This document shows, one piece after another, positions 25,787-38,427 of a stretch of 64,000 bases of DNA; the stretch's first letter is position 1; every line of letters begins with the position of its first letter. Location: contig NC_073387.1 of assembly GCF_028641065.1 (NCBI RefSeq), forward strand, positions 47,430,001 to 47,494,000, read 5' to 3'. The position numbers were made by a program, and so were the translations under genes. The notes under the pieces are model-generated. The model saw nothing but the letters and a program-made list of their open reading frames with translations. It made no database searches and was not told the origin of the DNA. Origin of the DNA: Leucoraja erinacea. Taxonomy: Eukaryota.

Positions 25787-26438
25787 GCGAATGGTATGTT
25801 AGCATTCATAGCAAAAGGATTTCAGTATAGGAGCAGGGAGATTCTACTGCAGTTGTACAGGGTCTTGGTGAGACCACACCAGGAGTATTGCATACAGTTT
25901 TGGTCTCCTAATCTGAGAAAGGACATTCTTGCCATAGAGGGAGTACAGAGAAGGTTCACCAGACTGATTCATGGGGTGTCAGGACTTTCATATGAAGAAA
26001 GACTGGATAGACTCGGCTTGTACTCGCTAGAATTTAGAAGATTGAGGGGGGATCTTATAGAAACTTACAAAATTCTTAAGGGGTTGGACAGGCTAGATGC
26101 GGGAAGATTGTTCCAGATGTTGGGGAAGTCCAGAACAAGGGGTCACAGTTTAAGGATAAGGGGGAAATCTTTTAGGACCGTGATGAGAAAAACATTTTTT
26201 ACACAGAGAGTGGTGAATCTCTGGAATTCTCTGCCACAGAATGTAGTTGAGGCCAGTTCATTGGCTATATTTAAGAGGGTTAGATGTGGCCCTTGTGGCT
26301 AAAGGGATCAGGGGGTATGGAGAGAAGGCAGGTACAGGATACTGAGTTGGATGATCAGGCATGATCATATTGAATGGCGGTACAGGCTCGAGGGGCCGAA
26401 TGGCCTACTCCTGCACCTATTTTCTATGTTTCTATGTT
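25787..26438 (+). mobile_element. CR1 3' fragment ending ~65 nt before the last ARHGAP26 acceptor
   Basis: ORF 25796-26302 is the CR1 C-terminus; tail tttctatgtttctatg. Confidence 0.9.
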
Positions 26439-26505
26439 TGTTTGGTTATGCTGTTGACCTAACAAAGCATTTCTGCTTCTTTAATAACTGATGTGCATTT
26501 TTCAG

Positions 26506-26594
26506 TTTACTCATCTAGGGAACCTGGTTGGCTTGAAGGGACTTTGGATGGGAAGATCGGACTAATTCCAGAAAATTACATTGAGTTTCTATAG
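26506..26594 (+). CDS. ARHGAP26: ARHGAP26 terminal coding exon (V)YSSREPGWLEGTLDGKIGLIPENYIEFL*
   Basis: Acceptor gcatttttcag; phase matches the preceding exon (G+TT=Val). SH3 C-terminal half with EPGWLEG and GLIPENY; TAG at 26592-26594. Confidence 0.96.
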
Positions 26595-28030
26595 CCAAAA
26601 GCATGCAACTTTGTTGCTGAGAATTACATGGTATCCATGACAAACAATGAAGATATGAACATTATTTTGTTTTTTAGCATTTTATTCTATTGGAGGACAT
26701 TATAAGAACCGGAGATGAATTTCAACTCAAGATTTTAATGTCCTGTATGGATATGATGTACCATTAATTTATCAAACCAGAGCCTGTAATTACTTCTTAA
26801 GGATTTTGTTTTTAATTCAAACTCTTACGTTTCTGAAATTATGTTTTATTTTATCTGTGGTAGGTAGTAGAATGTATAAAGTGTTGATATTCATTCTACT
26901 TAACTGTTGCAAATATCTGTATGATGTATGTATTATATGATATGGGGTTTTTTTTAAATTAGGGGAAGTGTATTATCCCTAATTTTGCCATTTCTTCCAC
27001 CTAAAGTATGGATTATACAATTGAAATGTTGCAACACAGAAGGGACTTGACAATGGTGACATTAATGGTCACATTTTATAATGAAGATGTTATTGTCCAT
27101 TTAAAAACAAAATCTTAATAATTACCTCTATATTTATCAAAATAAACAGTAATTTGGTATTTAAAAAACGTGACATAAAATTGAATGCTTTCCACGATGT
27201 AAAGGAAGAAATGGATTTTAGGCATAAGCGTGCAGGTTTGAATAGAAGTGTTTCTTAAAATTGACAATGAGAAAGCAGGTGGAAGACATTTCTAACGACC
27301 TTGCCATTTCACTGTTGAATAAAATGCTTTGCGAAGGTAGCAGGTCACACCTGCAATAACCACTACATTTCCTTCAGCAGCTAATATTTTGATTTGAAAA
27401 GGTGAAAACTCCTCAGACCTGATCGTTGAACACAAATGTACTTTCAACAATTCACCTTTTGATTTCGATCACCTTGAAACTTAGAATTTCAAACTTAACA
27501 AAAATATGTATTATAGAACATTTAATGTATTCCAAAGTTCAAATGCAAGTTGTACCAAAGGTTTCTACGAACAATTGTTGAAAGGCAAAACCTGCTGCCT
27601 TGGTTTGACTGTGTGTGTTGAAACAAGCTTCTGCTTATCTATTCATCTTGCATATTTAATGTTTTCAGGGGACACCAGATTATCAGCTGCTGGTTGGAAG
27701 TTATTTGCTTTGAAACAAACAAAATACTTGTATCCAGTAAAACAAAGTTTGACTTTTTAAAATTTAAATCTAGAATGGTTATTGTGTTTTAAGAAGTGGC
27801 TTTGCCTTTATATTTTAATTTTTTAAACGTCATTCATTGCTTCTAAGTTAAACTACTAAGGCTGTTGAAGCTAGTGGATTGTGATAATGAAATACTTTGG
27901 GGGCAATGGTTGATATCCATCTATATTATTGACTGTAACAAATTGCAGCCTGGTAGTTCATCTCTTAACAATTTGTTTTAAAATATATTATTATCAGATG
28001 CCAATAAAAATGTTTTTTGGTACGTGATAA
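26595..28030 (+). other. ARHGAP26: ARHGAP26 probable 3'UTR
   Basis: AU-rich stretch with no recognisable repeats after the stop. AATAAA at 27141, 27318 and 28003; the last is followed by GT/T-rich sequence. Confidence 0.6.
28003..28008 (+). terminator. Candidate distal polyadenylation signal of ARHGAP26
   Basis: AATAAA followed by tgttttttgg, near the end of the repeat-free zone. Confidence 0.5.
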
Positions 28031-28178
28031 TTAGAGTTTGATTTATACAGCGGAAGAGGATTCAATGTTCCTGATCACGGGAGCAGTACAGAGTCCATGT
28101 TTACTCAGTCATTTAAGTAGCATTACTCATTACATTTTTTAAAACATTGAAATCCTTGCTCTTTAAAAAAAAAGTTTG

Positions 28179-28226
<48 letters not shown>
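28179..28226. repeat. (TA)n microsatellite
   Basis: Read directly from the sequence. Confidence 0.95.
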
Positions 28227-28228
<2 letters not shown>

Positions 28229-28309
28229 CACCAGTAACAGATGAAAACATCAAGTTTGGAAAAAATTAAGAAAGACAATAGGTGCAGGTAGGCCATTCGG
28301 CCCTTCAAG

Positions 28310-29555
28310 TCAAGTCATGTTTATTCGTCACGTACACATACGAGATGTGCAGTGAAATGAAAAGTGGCAATGCTCGCGAATGTTGCAAAAAAACAAACAA
28401 ACAAACTACAAACAGAATGGAACAGAATTGCATAATCACATGTTACATATTTGTGGGAGGGAGGGAAGTAAAAGGAAAAAACAGCAATTTTAAAAAGACA
28501 CCACACAACAGTAAAATGGTTCAGTAAAGTTAGTCCCTGGTGAGATAGGAGTTTACAGTCCTAATGGCCTCTGGGAAGAAACTCCTTCTCATCCTCTCCG
28601 TTCGCACAGCATGGCAACGGAGGCGTTTGCCTGACCGTAGCAGCTGGAACAGTCCGTTGCTGGGGTGGAAGTGGTCTCCCATGATCTTGTTGGCTCTGGA
28701 GTTGCACCTTCTGATGTATAGTTCCTGCAGGGGGAGCGAGTGTAGTTCCCATAGTGCATTCGGTTGAACGCACTACTCTCTGCAGAGCCTTCTTGTCCTG
28801 GGCAGAGCAATTCCCAAACCAAATCGTGATATTTCTGGACAAGTTGCTTTCCACAGCCACTGAGTAGAAGCACTGGAGGATCCTCAGAGACACTCTGAAT
28901 TTCCTCAATTGCCTGAGGTGGTAAAGGCGCTGCCTTACCTTACTCACGAGTGCTGCAGTGTGTGATGTCCATGTCAGATCCTCTGAGATGTGGACTCACA
29001 GGTATTTAAAACAGCTCATCCTATCCACAGAATCCCCATTTATCTTCAATGGAGTGTACGTCCTCGGATGATGTGCCCTCCTAAAGTCCACGATCAGCTC
29101 CTTAGTTGTTTCGATATTCAAGAGGAGGCTGTTGTCCTGACACCAGAGTGCCAGATCAGCCACCTCCTCCCGGTAGGCCTTCTCGTCGTTGTCTGAGATC
29201 AGGCCCACCACCACAGTGTCATCAGCAAACTTGATTATCCAGTTGGAGCAGAACCTGGTCACACAGTCATGTGTGTACAGGGAGTACAATAGGGGGCACA
29301 ACCCTGGGGCGATCCTGTGCTCAGGGTGAGGGTCTTTGATGTATTTCCTCCCATCTTGACTACCTGGGGCCTGGTGGAGAGAAAATCCAGGACCCAGACA
29401 CACACGGGGGGGGGGACTATCGTGTTGAGCTGTAGTCTATGAACAGCATCCTCACATAGCCCCCCTTCTGGCTGTCAAGATGAGAGAGAGCGGTGTGCAG
29501 AACCTGGGAGATCGCATCGTCCGTGGATCTGTTCAGATGGTATGCGAGTTGTAGC
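28310..29555 (-). mobile_element. Rex1/Babar-type LINE, 5'-truncated
   Basis: ORFs 28996-29403 (PLLYSLYTHDC..IKFADDTVVVGLI) and 28561-28947 (WFGNCSAQDKKALQRVVR). Confidence 0.85.
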
Positions 29556-29557
29556 TT

Positions 29558-30135
29558 TTTCGAGCCAGCACCGCCATTCAATGTGAACATGGCTGATCAT
29601 TCACAATCAGAACCCTGTTCCTGCCTTCCCCCCATATCCCCTGACTCCGCTATCTTTAAGAGGTCTATCTAACTCTCTCTTGAAAGTATCCTGGGAACCG
29701 GCCATCACCGCCCTCTGAGGCAGAGAATTCCACAGACTCAAAACTCTGTGTGAAAAAGTGTTTCCTCATCTCCATTCTAAATGGCTTACCCCTTATTCTT
29801 AAACTGTGACCCCTGGTTCTGGACTCCCCCAACATCGGGAACATGTTTCATGCCTCTAGCATTTCCAAACCCTTAATAATCTTATATGTTTCAACATGAT
29901 CCCCTCTTGTCCTAAATTCCAGAGTATACAAGCCCAGACGCTCCATTCTCTCAGCATAAGACAGTCCTGTCATCCCGGGAATTAACCTTGTGAACCTACT
30001 CTGCAATCGCTCAATAGCAAGAATGTCCTTCCTCAAATTTGGAGGGCAAAACTGTACACAATACTACAGATGTGGTCCCACTAGGGCCCTGTACAACTGC
30101 AGGTGGACCTCTTTGCTCCCATACTCTTGTTATGA
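29558..30135 (-). mobile_element. CR1 3' fragment (related subfamily)
   Basis: ORF 29848-30036 RKDILAIE..Q.RFTRLIPGM.GLSY. Confidence 0.82.
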
Positions 30136-32046
30136 AGATGCAAGGAGACAGTAAAATAGAGCTGTGTTTTTAGTGCTTTTTAAAAAGGAGATCCAGAAGT
30201 ATGAATCCTATATGATTGATAGATTTTTGATTTGTACATATGTCAGGGGTTCTAGGAAGAAAGCAGGAGAATGGGGTTGAGAGGGAAAGATACTGTAGAT
30301 CAGACGTGTTTGAATGGAGTAGACTTGATGAGCTGAATGGCCTAATTCTGCTCCTATAACCTATGAACATGAGCTCAGAAGCTCTACGGTGGAGATTTGG
30401 AAAGCTCGTACAGATTGTGGCTCTTAAAAAAGTTGAGGAATTTGAAAATAATTTGAAAATCAGTGTGTGTTTAATTGGGAAAGGGCATGAGCAAGCTAAC
30501 ACACAGCAACATTCAGTCTTTGTGGGTGAGTTAGTGCAACTTTACCATGATGCTGGAAAGACAAAGATGCTGGAGGAACAAAGCATCAGGTAGCGTTTCT
30601 GGAAGGAACGGATATGCCACATTTTAGATGTTGCAAAATGTGAATTTCAGGTTTGTATTAAAGGGTACAGCTGAAAAAAATCTTGTGCGTTGTTGCGAGA
30701 TCTAAACTATGATTTGATTTCCAACTTAGGAAAAAAAATTGTATCTGTAATGTAATTCCTTGAAGTGTTGATGTACAGGATGAGCTATAACCATACTGAG
30801 AGGCAGTACACATAGCCTACTCTAGCTTTTAATAAATTCTTCAAAATGGTTGAGGCTGGTTCTCTGGATGCTTTCAAGAGTGCTAGACAGATCTCTTAAA
30901 GCTAGCGGGGTCAGGGGATATGGGGAGAAGGCAGGAACGGGGTACTGATTGTGGATGCTCAGCCATGATCACATTGAATGGTGGTGCTTGCTCCAGGGGC
31001 CGAATGGCCTACTCCTGCACCTACTGTATATTGTCTAAGCAAATATGCATATTCAATATTTACCTAACAGTTTACATAATGTTTAAAAATGTAATTGAAA
31101 ATTCTGCTTTGCTTCCTGGTACATCAGTTATGAGAATCCTATCAAGGGGCAGATAGGCCTGTATATCACCTGATGGCACAATTCCAGTCTTATGCTGCAC
31201 GTGCTAACAGATGAATTACTGTCATCCAAGGCCACGTATGGGTTGGGTCCATGTGATGGGCTTTATTGATGGATGCTCGAGATCTCACTGGACTAGTCAG
31301 AACTTTTCTCCCAGGGTGGAATTGTCAAGTATCAGGGAACATTGAAAGGGAATGTGCAGGACATGTGTTTCACATAGAGAGTGATGGGTGCCTGGAATGC
31401 AATGTCAGGACTGGTGGTAGAGGCAGATACGATAGTGGCGTTTAAGAGGCTGTTAGATGGGAAATGGATCTGTGGGGAATGCAGGGATACGGATCATGTG
31501 TAGGCCGCCGAGATTAGCTTACCTTGGCATCATATTTGGCACGGGAACTATGAGTCTAAGGGCCTGTTTCTGTGCTGTATTGTTCGGTTTCAATGCCTGA
31601 TAGCAGGTATCAGAAAGAGAGATTGATGGATATATGCAAGGAAATTAAAGCTGGATGCTGTTGGTTCACTGGCTCGATATTCATGACCTTGGCCTCCAGA
31701 TTATTGTTGCTGCCCATATGCTCTACCACAAAAGGAACATTAAACAATATCATATGGCATTACCAGTATCACTTCAGGCATTCTTACCGTTGGGCTTATA
31801 TCACTAATAACAACTGCTCTTTCAACACCTGCCTGGAGCAACCAGCAATAATGGAGAAAGGTTTATTAAAAAAAGTCTGCTTTCCCTAATAGATAATTAA
31901 TTCTACATGAGGTACTCATGATATTGAGGCCAGAATTAATTTAATAAAAGAATAATACACAATAGGAGCAAGACACTGCAAGCACAAATGGTAGAGATAG
32001 AAAATGCAGAATAAGGTAACAAGGAATGATAAAGCACATTTCTTAT

Positions 32047-32074
32047 CTGAAGAAGGGTTTCGGCCCGAAACGTT
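32047..32074 (+). ncRNA. Minimal hammerhead-ribozyme-like core
   Basis: CUGAAGA-A-[GGGU-UUCG-GCCC]-GAAA-CGUU: both hammerhead core boxes, a 4-bp stem II and palindromic ACGU in place of stem III. Stem I is not convincingly formed. Confidence 0.5.
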
Positions 32075-32138
32075 GCCTATTTCCTTCGCTCCATAGATGC
32101 TGCCTCATCCGCTGAGTTTCTCCAGCACTTTTGTCTAC
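32047..32138 (+). mobile_element. ~92-bp Penelope-derived mini-element
   Basis: Flanked by the direct repeat tttcttatc (32039-32047 and 32139-32147); body matches the terminal repeat of the GIY-YIG Penelope fragment at 48880-49010. Confidence 0.75.
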
Positions 32139-32627
32139 TTTCTTATCATTCAACCATTTTGTGAATGACAAAAACAATGCTAAACTTCCGTTTTAAAAAA
32201 TAAATAAATAGCAGAGCTTACTTTAACATTTACCTCTAAAATCAGCAGGGAATGGGTGTGCAATGATTGTACTGACCTGCCTGAATCAAAATTAAACCAA
32301 GGTGCTTGAGCAGACCAGGGATAGTCCCATCGGAGAGTATTTTACTCAGGAACTTGGAAACCCTAAGTTGAGAAATTGGGTAGAGAAACTATACTTTACA
32401 TCATCAAGAGACACAATGACTTCATTGCTAATGGGATCAAGGGGTGAAAGGTTTGGAAAATGACGCAGTGAATGAGCATATTTCCAGTAAGGAAACTATG
32501 GTCTCAAATTTGACTCGAGATATTTTGGGAGAGCAAGAAGGGATCAAGATGATTATTCTCTACCACACTAACACTTATCTCCTAGTTGTTCTCCCTTTCG
32601 TTGTACTTAGCTAGGGAGACACACTTA

Positions 32628-34160
32628 GAGTCATAGAGTGATACAGTGTGGAAACAGACCCTTTGGCCCAACTCGTCCACACCGGCCAATAATGTCCCAG
32701 CTACCCTAGTCCCACTTGACTGCGCTTGGTCCATATCCCCCCCAAACCTGTCCTATCCATGTTTCTGTCCAACTGTTTCTTAAACGATGGGATAGTCGGA
32801 GCCTCAACTACCTCCTCTGGCAGCTTGTCTATACACCCACCACCCTCTGTGTGAAAAGGTTACCCCTCGGATTCCTATTAAATCTTTTCCCCTTTACCTT
32901 GAACCTATGTCCTCTGATCCTCGATTCCCCCACTCTGGGTAAAAGACTGTGCATCCACCCGACCTATTCCTCTCATAATTTTGTACACCTCTAGAAGATC
33001 TCCCCTCATCCTCCTACGCTCCATGGAATAGAGCCGACTCGACCTCTTCCTATAGCTCACGACTCATAGATTTCAACCACAGCTCCCGCCATTTCCTCTC
33101 TAGTTCCCCGCAAAGTGTTTGGATATATGTGATCAGGCCACAGAGCTTTGTCTACCTTTAAACACGACAGTACCTTCAGTACTTCCTCGACAGTAACACG
33201 GACTGCTCTCATGACACTTCCAGTGACTGCTCCAAGTTCCTCCATCCTACTGTCTTCTTGGAGGAGAAATACTCATTGAGGACCTTGCCCATCTCCTGTG
33301 GCTCCACAGAGGTGACTGCTTTAATTCCTGAGTAGTCCCACTCTCACTCCAGTTACCTCTTCCCCCCCTTATGTATTTTTAAAATCTTTTGGGATTGTCT
33401 TTTACGCTACCCTGCCAGAGCTATCTCATGGCCCCTTTTTGCCCTTCTGATCTTTTTTAGTTTGCTCCCAAAACTCTTCCAGAGATGCACTTGATCCCAG
33501 CTGCCTAAACCTGTCCCATGCATCCTTCTTGTTTTTGACTAATGTCTCAATTTCCCTCATCAGCCAAGCTTTCTTATATTTGCCTGGTTTGCTTTCATTC
33601 TAACGGGGACGTACATATCCTGAGCTCTCTTCAGTACACTTTTAAAAACATCCCTCGTGGCCGATGTTCCTTTCCCCTCAAATAACCCGTTCCAGTCAAC
33701 TTGAGCAAGACCTTCTCTCATACCGTCAAAGTTGACCTTACCCCAGTTGAACATTTTAACACGTGGACCCTCTCCGTCCCGATCCATGATTATCTTAAAC
33801 CTAATCAAACTGTGGTCACTTGTCCCAAAAGGCTCCTCCACACACACGTCATTAACTTGCCCTTCCCAATTTCCCAATACTAGATCCAGCATTGCCCTCT
33901 CACGTGTGGGGGCCTCCACATACTGTTTAAGAAAACTCTCCTGAACACATCTAAACCCTTCATGCTATGATTTTCCCAGTCTATATTGGGAAAGTTGAAA
34001 TCCCCTTCCACAACAACCTTATTTGACCTGCAGCTGTCTGCAATCTCACAGCACATTTCAATTCCAATTCCAGTTAACTATTTGGGGATCTGTAGTGCAC
34101 CCCCAACAAGGTGATCATCCCTGCTCCACCAATATAGCCTCACTGGACGAGCTGAGTAGT
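32628..34160 (-). mobile_element. Internally deleted CR1 LINE (endonuclease/RT 5' part joined to the 3' end)
   Basis: ORF 33560-33919 (PTRERAMLDLVL...GTSDHSLI: APE endonuclease C-terminus) and 33057-33245 (KVDKA..PD.IYP..L); 3' tail with ggaaacagaccctttggccca at ~32650. Confidence 0.78.
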
Positions 34161-34289
34161 ATCCTAAACAAAATACATATTCACTTTCCCCCTTCCGCCT
34201 ATCATTTGCTTGGTCACAACTTATTATCAGAGGCAAGACTTCACATCCCAAGCTGGTGTGTTCTAGAGTCTCTGCTGGGAAACACGATG

Positions 34290-34815
34290 CAAGTTCTTAA
34301 GTTCTAGGAGCAGAATTAGGCCATTCAGCCCAAGTTCTTAAGTTCTAGGAGCAGAATTAGGCCATTCAGCCCATTCAACACCATTCAATCATGGCTGATC
34401 TATCTCTCCCTATCAACCCCATTCTCCTGCCTTCTCCCCATAGCCCCTGACACCAGTACTAATCAAGATTCTATCAATCTCCACCGTAAAAATATCCATT
34501 GACAGCCTCCCCACCCTACCGTGGCATTGATTTCCACAGAATCGCCAGCCTCTGATGGAAGAAATTATTCCTCCACGCCTTTCTAAAGGCACATCCTTTT
34601 ATTCTGCGTCACTGTCCTCTGGTCCTAGACTCTCCCACTAGTGGAACCATTCTCTCCACATCCACTCTATGTGGATTATCAGGCCTTTCACCACTCGGTA
34701 AGTTTCAAAGAGGGCTCCCATTGTCCTACTAAACTCCAACAAGTACAGGCCCAGTGGCCCAGTCAAACGCTGATTATATGTTAACCCAATCATGCCTGGG
34801 ATCATTCTCGTAAAA
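34290..34815 (-). mobile_element. CR1 3' fragment with an exact 41-bp tandem duplication of its tail
   Basis: caagttcttaagttctaggagcagaattaggccattcagcc occurs at 34290-34330 and 34331-34371. Confidence 0.72.
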
Positions 34816-35301
34816 GTTTATGTTTCCTTTTATTTTGCAGTCAGCTGTGAGACCTCAGCTGTTGTACTTTCCTGGGTCAGGACTGATTTGGGAAAATGAT
34901 GACCGTGATCATATGGGACCAAATCCCTTTGTTCGAGTATAAATGAAACCCCTTTCATTCAAGACAGTTGGTAACCCGTTGTGCAGCAAGTTAAGTCAAG
35001 TCAACTTTATTTGTCACATACACATACAAGATCTGCAGTGAAATGAAAGTGGCAATGCCTGTGGGATTGTGCAAAACAACAGATCAGAACCAGTATTTAC
35101 ATTAAAAAAAAAGACACAACAGTAACTCTCTCATCCTCTCTGTTTTCGCAGCGTTACAGCGGAGGCCCTTGCCTGACGGTAGCAGCTGGAACCGTCCGTT
35201 GCTGGGGTGGCAGGAAATGGTAAATTAGTCATGTAAATCCAATTAATTTAACTTTGAGATTATTTGAACATATGCATTGATTCTCCCTCAATGCTATCTA
35301 A

Positions 35302-35517
35302 TGCCCCTGTCCCACTTAAGAAACCTGAACGGAAACCTCTGGAGACTTTGCGCCCCACCCAAGGTTTCCGTGCGGTTCCCGGAGGTTGGAGGTGGTTGCA
35401 GGTAGTGGAAGCAGGTAGGAAGACTGAGAAAAACCTCCGGGAACCGCACGGAAACCTTGGGTGGGACACAAAGTCTCCAGAGGTTTCAGTTCAGGTTTCC
35501 TAAGTGGGACAGGGGCA
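35302..35517. mobile_element. Harbinger-type fold-back MITE (216 bp)
   Basis: ~87-bp near-perfect TIRs beginning tgcccctgtcccactta; TAA duplication at 35299-35301 and 35518-35520. Confidence 0.85.
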
Positions 35518-36546
35518 TAAGAGTGCTCAAGACCAAAGGCAGAACAATGAACTTGCAACCCTATGAATCAAAGGATATGGTACACCTTGTGAGACAAATC
35601 TAAATGGGTCCATGGGATTTGGAAACTCGCTCCTAATTTCCATCAAAAAAAAAACAAGGGTCTAGACCCCACCGAACAGTTTTGTCAATTTCCTTTGTCT
35701 TGAGAAAGCTGTGGATGTGAATCAATATTGTTCGATTCTCTACCAGCTGTTTTCAATTTCCAATCGAAAATATTTAAGGAGTATAAATAATGTTTGCATA
35801 TTATGCATTACAAACTTGTAAATAATCATAATTTATATTTCTGAATCTGATATAATGGACCATGTTTTTCTGGAGGAAGTTACTGAGGTTACCCCTGCTC
35901 ACATTTACCACAACAACTTTTCCACATCCAGGAGTCCGGTTTCATGTCTTTGATGGCCTTAGCCAATTTCCGTGGCTATTAACACCAGGAGGGCTTTCAA
36001 TGCAAAATAATCTTGTGCCAACAAAACATTGCAGAAGCCTTTAACAACGGGCAAAATCCGGCCCCTAACTTTGGCATTTATCAAAACAGTTTAAAAAGTT
36101 TATAATTATTTAAAACAAATCCATTAAATAAAATAATTATTATTAAGAAAAAAAAAACCCAAAGTATCATTTAAATAGATGAGCTTATAAAACCAAACAG
36201 GAGCAAGAGAAAGAACCTAAACCACTCAAATCTGCCCACCAATAACTAAGACTCCCCCATGACCCTCTATTCCTTCATCCTTCAAAATATTTATCTATCT
36301 GCATCTTAATTATAACTAATGATTGAGCCTCCATCACCCTCAGAAGTGAATTCCAGAGATTCACTGCCCTGAGATTTTAACGCACACGTTTTCAATAACT
36401 GACCCCTTATTCTGTAGCCTTGGTTGTGACTCTCCCATTTGTGGGAACATCACTGCATCCACCTGTTGAGACATATTACATGTTTGAATAAATCACCTGT
36501 AATTCTGCTATACTTTATGGAATACAGGGGCCCAAACTGTCTCGCC

Positions 36547-37360
36547 CAGGGGTGTCAAACTCATTTTAGGTCACGGGCCGGAATGGGCAAAATGCGCCTT
36601 CATGCGGACTGGATCAGTTGTGCGCGCGCGCTCCCACAGCTTTCGTTGCCTTTGTTTTTTCAACCTGCTCTCATGTGTCTCAGTCTCTGCTATCACTAAA
36701 AAGTGTTTCACTTTACGAATTTCGTTTCATGAAGAAGATTGTCTAGCAAGCATTATTTTTATGTTTGGTATTAACTTATTGTCATCGGCTACAAGAAAGT
36801 TGTGATGAGGGAGAGAAAAAACAAAGCCATTTTGGCTAAGATTGTTTCAGGAGCCACACCCTTTCCATTAATAAACCATTTCAAATCGAACATTAGCAAA
36901 CACAAATGTAGACCTACCAAAACAAATTGTAAATGTGGGCTATACAACTGCACCTAATTTTTATTTGCCTGCTTCCAGCAACAAAGTCAGACAATGGACA
37001 CAGTTAGCATCTGATTTTTATTGGAGTGATCACATTTACAATAATAGACGTCAGAAAATGAATGAATCACAATATTATGACACTAAATATTTCATAATAC
37101 ATTTCGCTTACATGTCGCAGTGCATCGAACAGTGAAACTCATATTTCACTTGCTGCTTCCAGACACCTGACATCTCTTGGTTTTAACCTGCCTGTCAACA
37201 TCAGAGACCAGTTTCTGGGCAGTTGTGATTTTTATAATGTCATTTAGATGTCTGTGTGTCGGCTGCGAGTGCAGTTTGGATTTGTTAATGTTCATTATGG
37301 AGAATGCTTGCTCACAGATATGTTGTCCCGAACACACAAAGGATCTTAGAGGCAAAGTCT
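36547..37360 (-). mobile_element. hAT (Charlie/Buster group) transposon 3' end
   Basis: Terminus caggggtgtcaaactc. ORF 37146-37355 (CEQAFSIMNINKSKLHSQ.T..HL..I.KI.T.......D......KRCQVSG) is a hAT dimerisation-domain tail. Confidence 0.8.
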
Positions 37361-37369
37361 GTCACAAAA

Positions 37370-37925
37370 ACATAGACAATAGGTGCAGGAGTAGGCCATT
37401 CGGCCCTTCGAGCCTGCACCGTCATTCAATATGATCATGGCTGATCATCCAACTCAGTATCCTGTACCTGCCTTCTCTCCATACTCCCTGATCCCTTTAG
37501 CCACAAGGGCCACATCTAACTCCCTCTTAAATATAGCCAATGAACTGGCCTCAACTACATTCTGTGGCCAGAGATTCACCACTCTCTGTGTAAAAATTTT
37601 TTTTCTCATCTCGGTCCTAAAAGATTTCCCCCTTATCCTTAAACTGTGACCCCTTGTTCTGGACTTCCCCAACATCGGGAACAATCTTCCTGCATCTAGC
37701 CTGTCCAACCCCTTAAGAATTTTGTAAGTTTCTATAAGATCCCCCCTCAATCTTCTAGCGAGTACAAGCCAAGTCTATCCAGTCTTTCTTCATATGAAAG
37801 TCCTGACATCCCAGGAATCAGTCTGGTGAACCTTCTCTGTGCTCCCTCTATGGCAAGATTGTCCTTCCTCAGATTAGGAGACCAAAACTGTACGCAATAC
37901 TCCAGGTGTGGTCTCACCAAGACCA
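37370..37925 (-). mobile_element. CR1 3' fragment (young family)
   Basis: ORFs 37454-37750 and 37747-37962. Confidence 0.88.
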
Positions 37926-38412
37926 TGTGCTCCCCTGGCCCAGCTCGATGGAGGAACGGCACTCACGTGAGGGCGATCCGGCTCGGGGCTGGAACGGTGC
38001 TCTGGTGGCTGGGACGGCGTTCTGGCGGCGGTGACCTGAGTCCAGGGTTCAGCCGCGGGCCAGCGGCTGCGCCCGCTGGACTGGAGGGCGGCAGCTTCGA
38101 CCACCCCGGGCCGCGGTGTTTGAGCCGGCCCATTGCGGGGTTCGGTGAGCCGCGGGACTGTTTGTGTCATCGCCCGGTGGGGAATCGTCTCAGCGCAGAA
38201 GGAGAAGAGAAGGGAAGAGACTGCAGCCCTAAGATTTTTGCCTCCACCACAGTGAGGAGGTGCTTGGAGGATACACTGTGGTGGATGTTAATTTGTGTTT
38301 AGTGTTGTTTATTATTGTATGATTGTATGTATGACTGCAGGCACGAAATGTTGTTCAGACCGTAAGGTCTGAATGACAATAAAGGTATTCAATTCAATTC
38401 AATTCAATTCAA
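37926..38412 (+). mobile_element. GC-rich non-coding retroelement with Rex/Babar-like 3' tail
   Basis: GC-rich body, two hairpins, atgacaataaa and a (ttcaa)n tail. Confidence 0.6.
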
Positions 38413-38427
38413 AACTGTTGTGTATAA

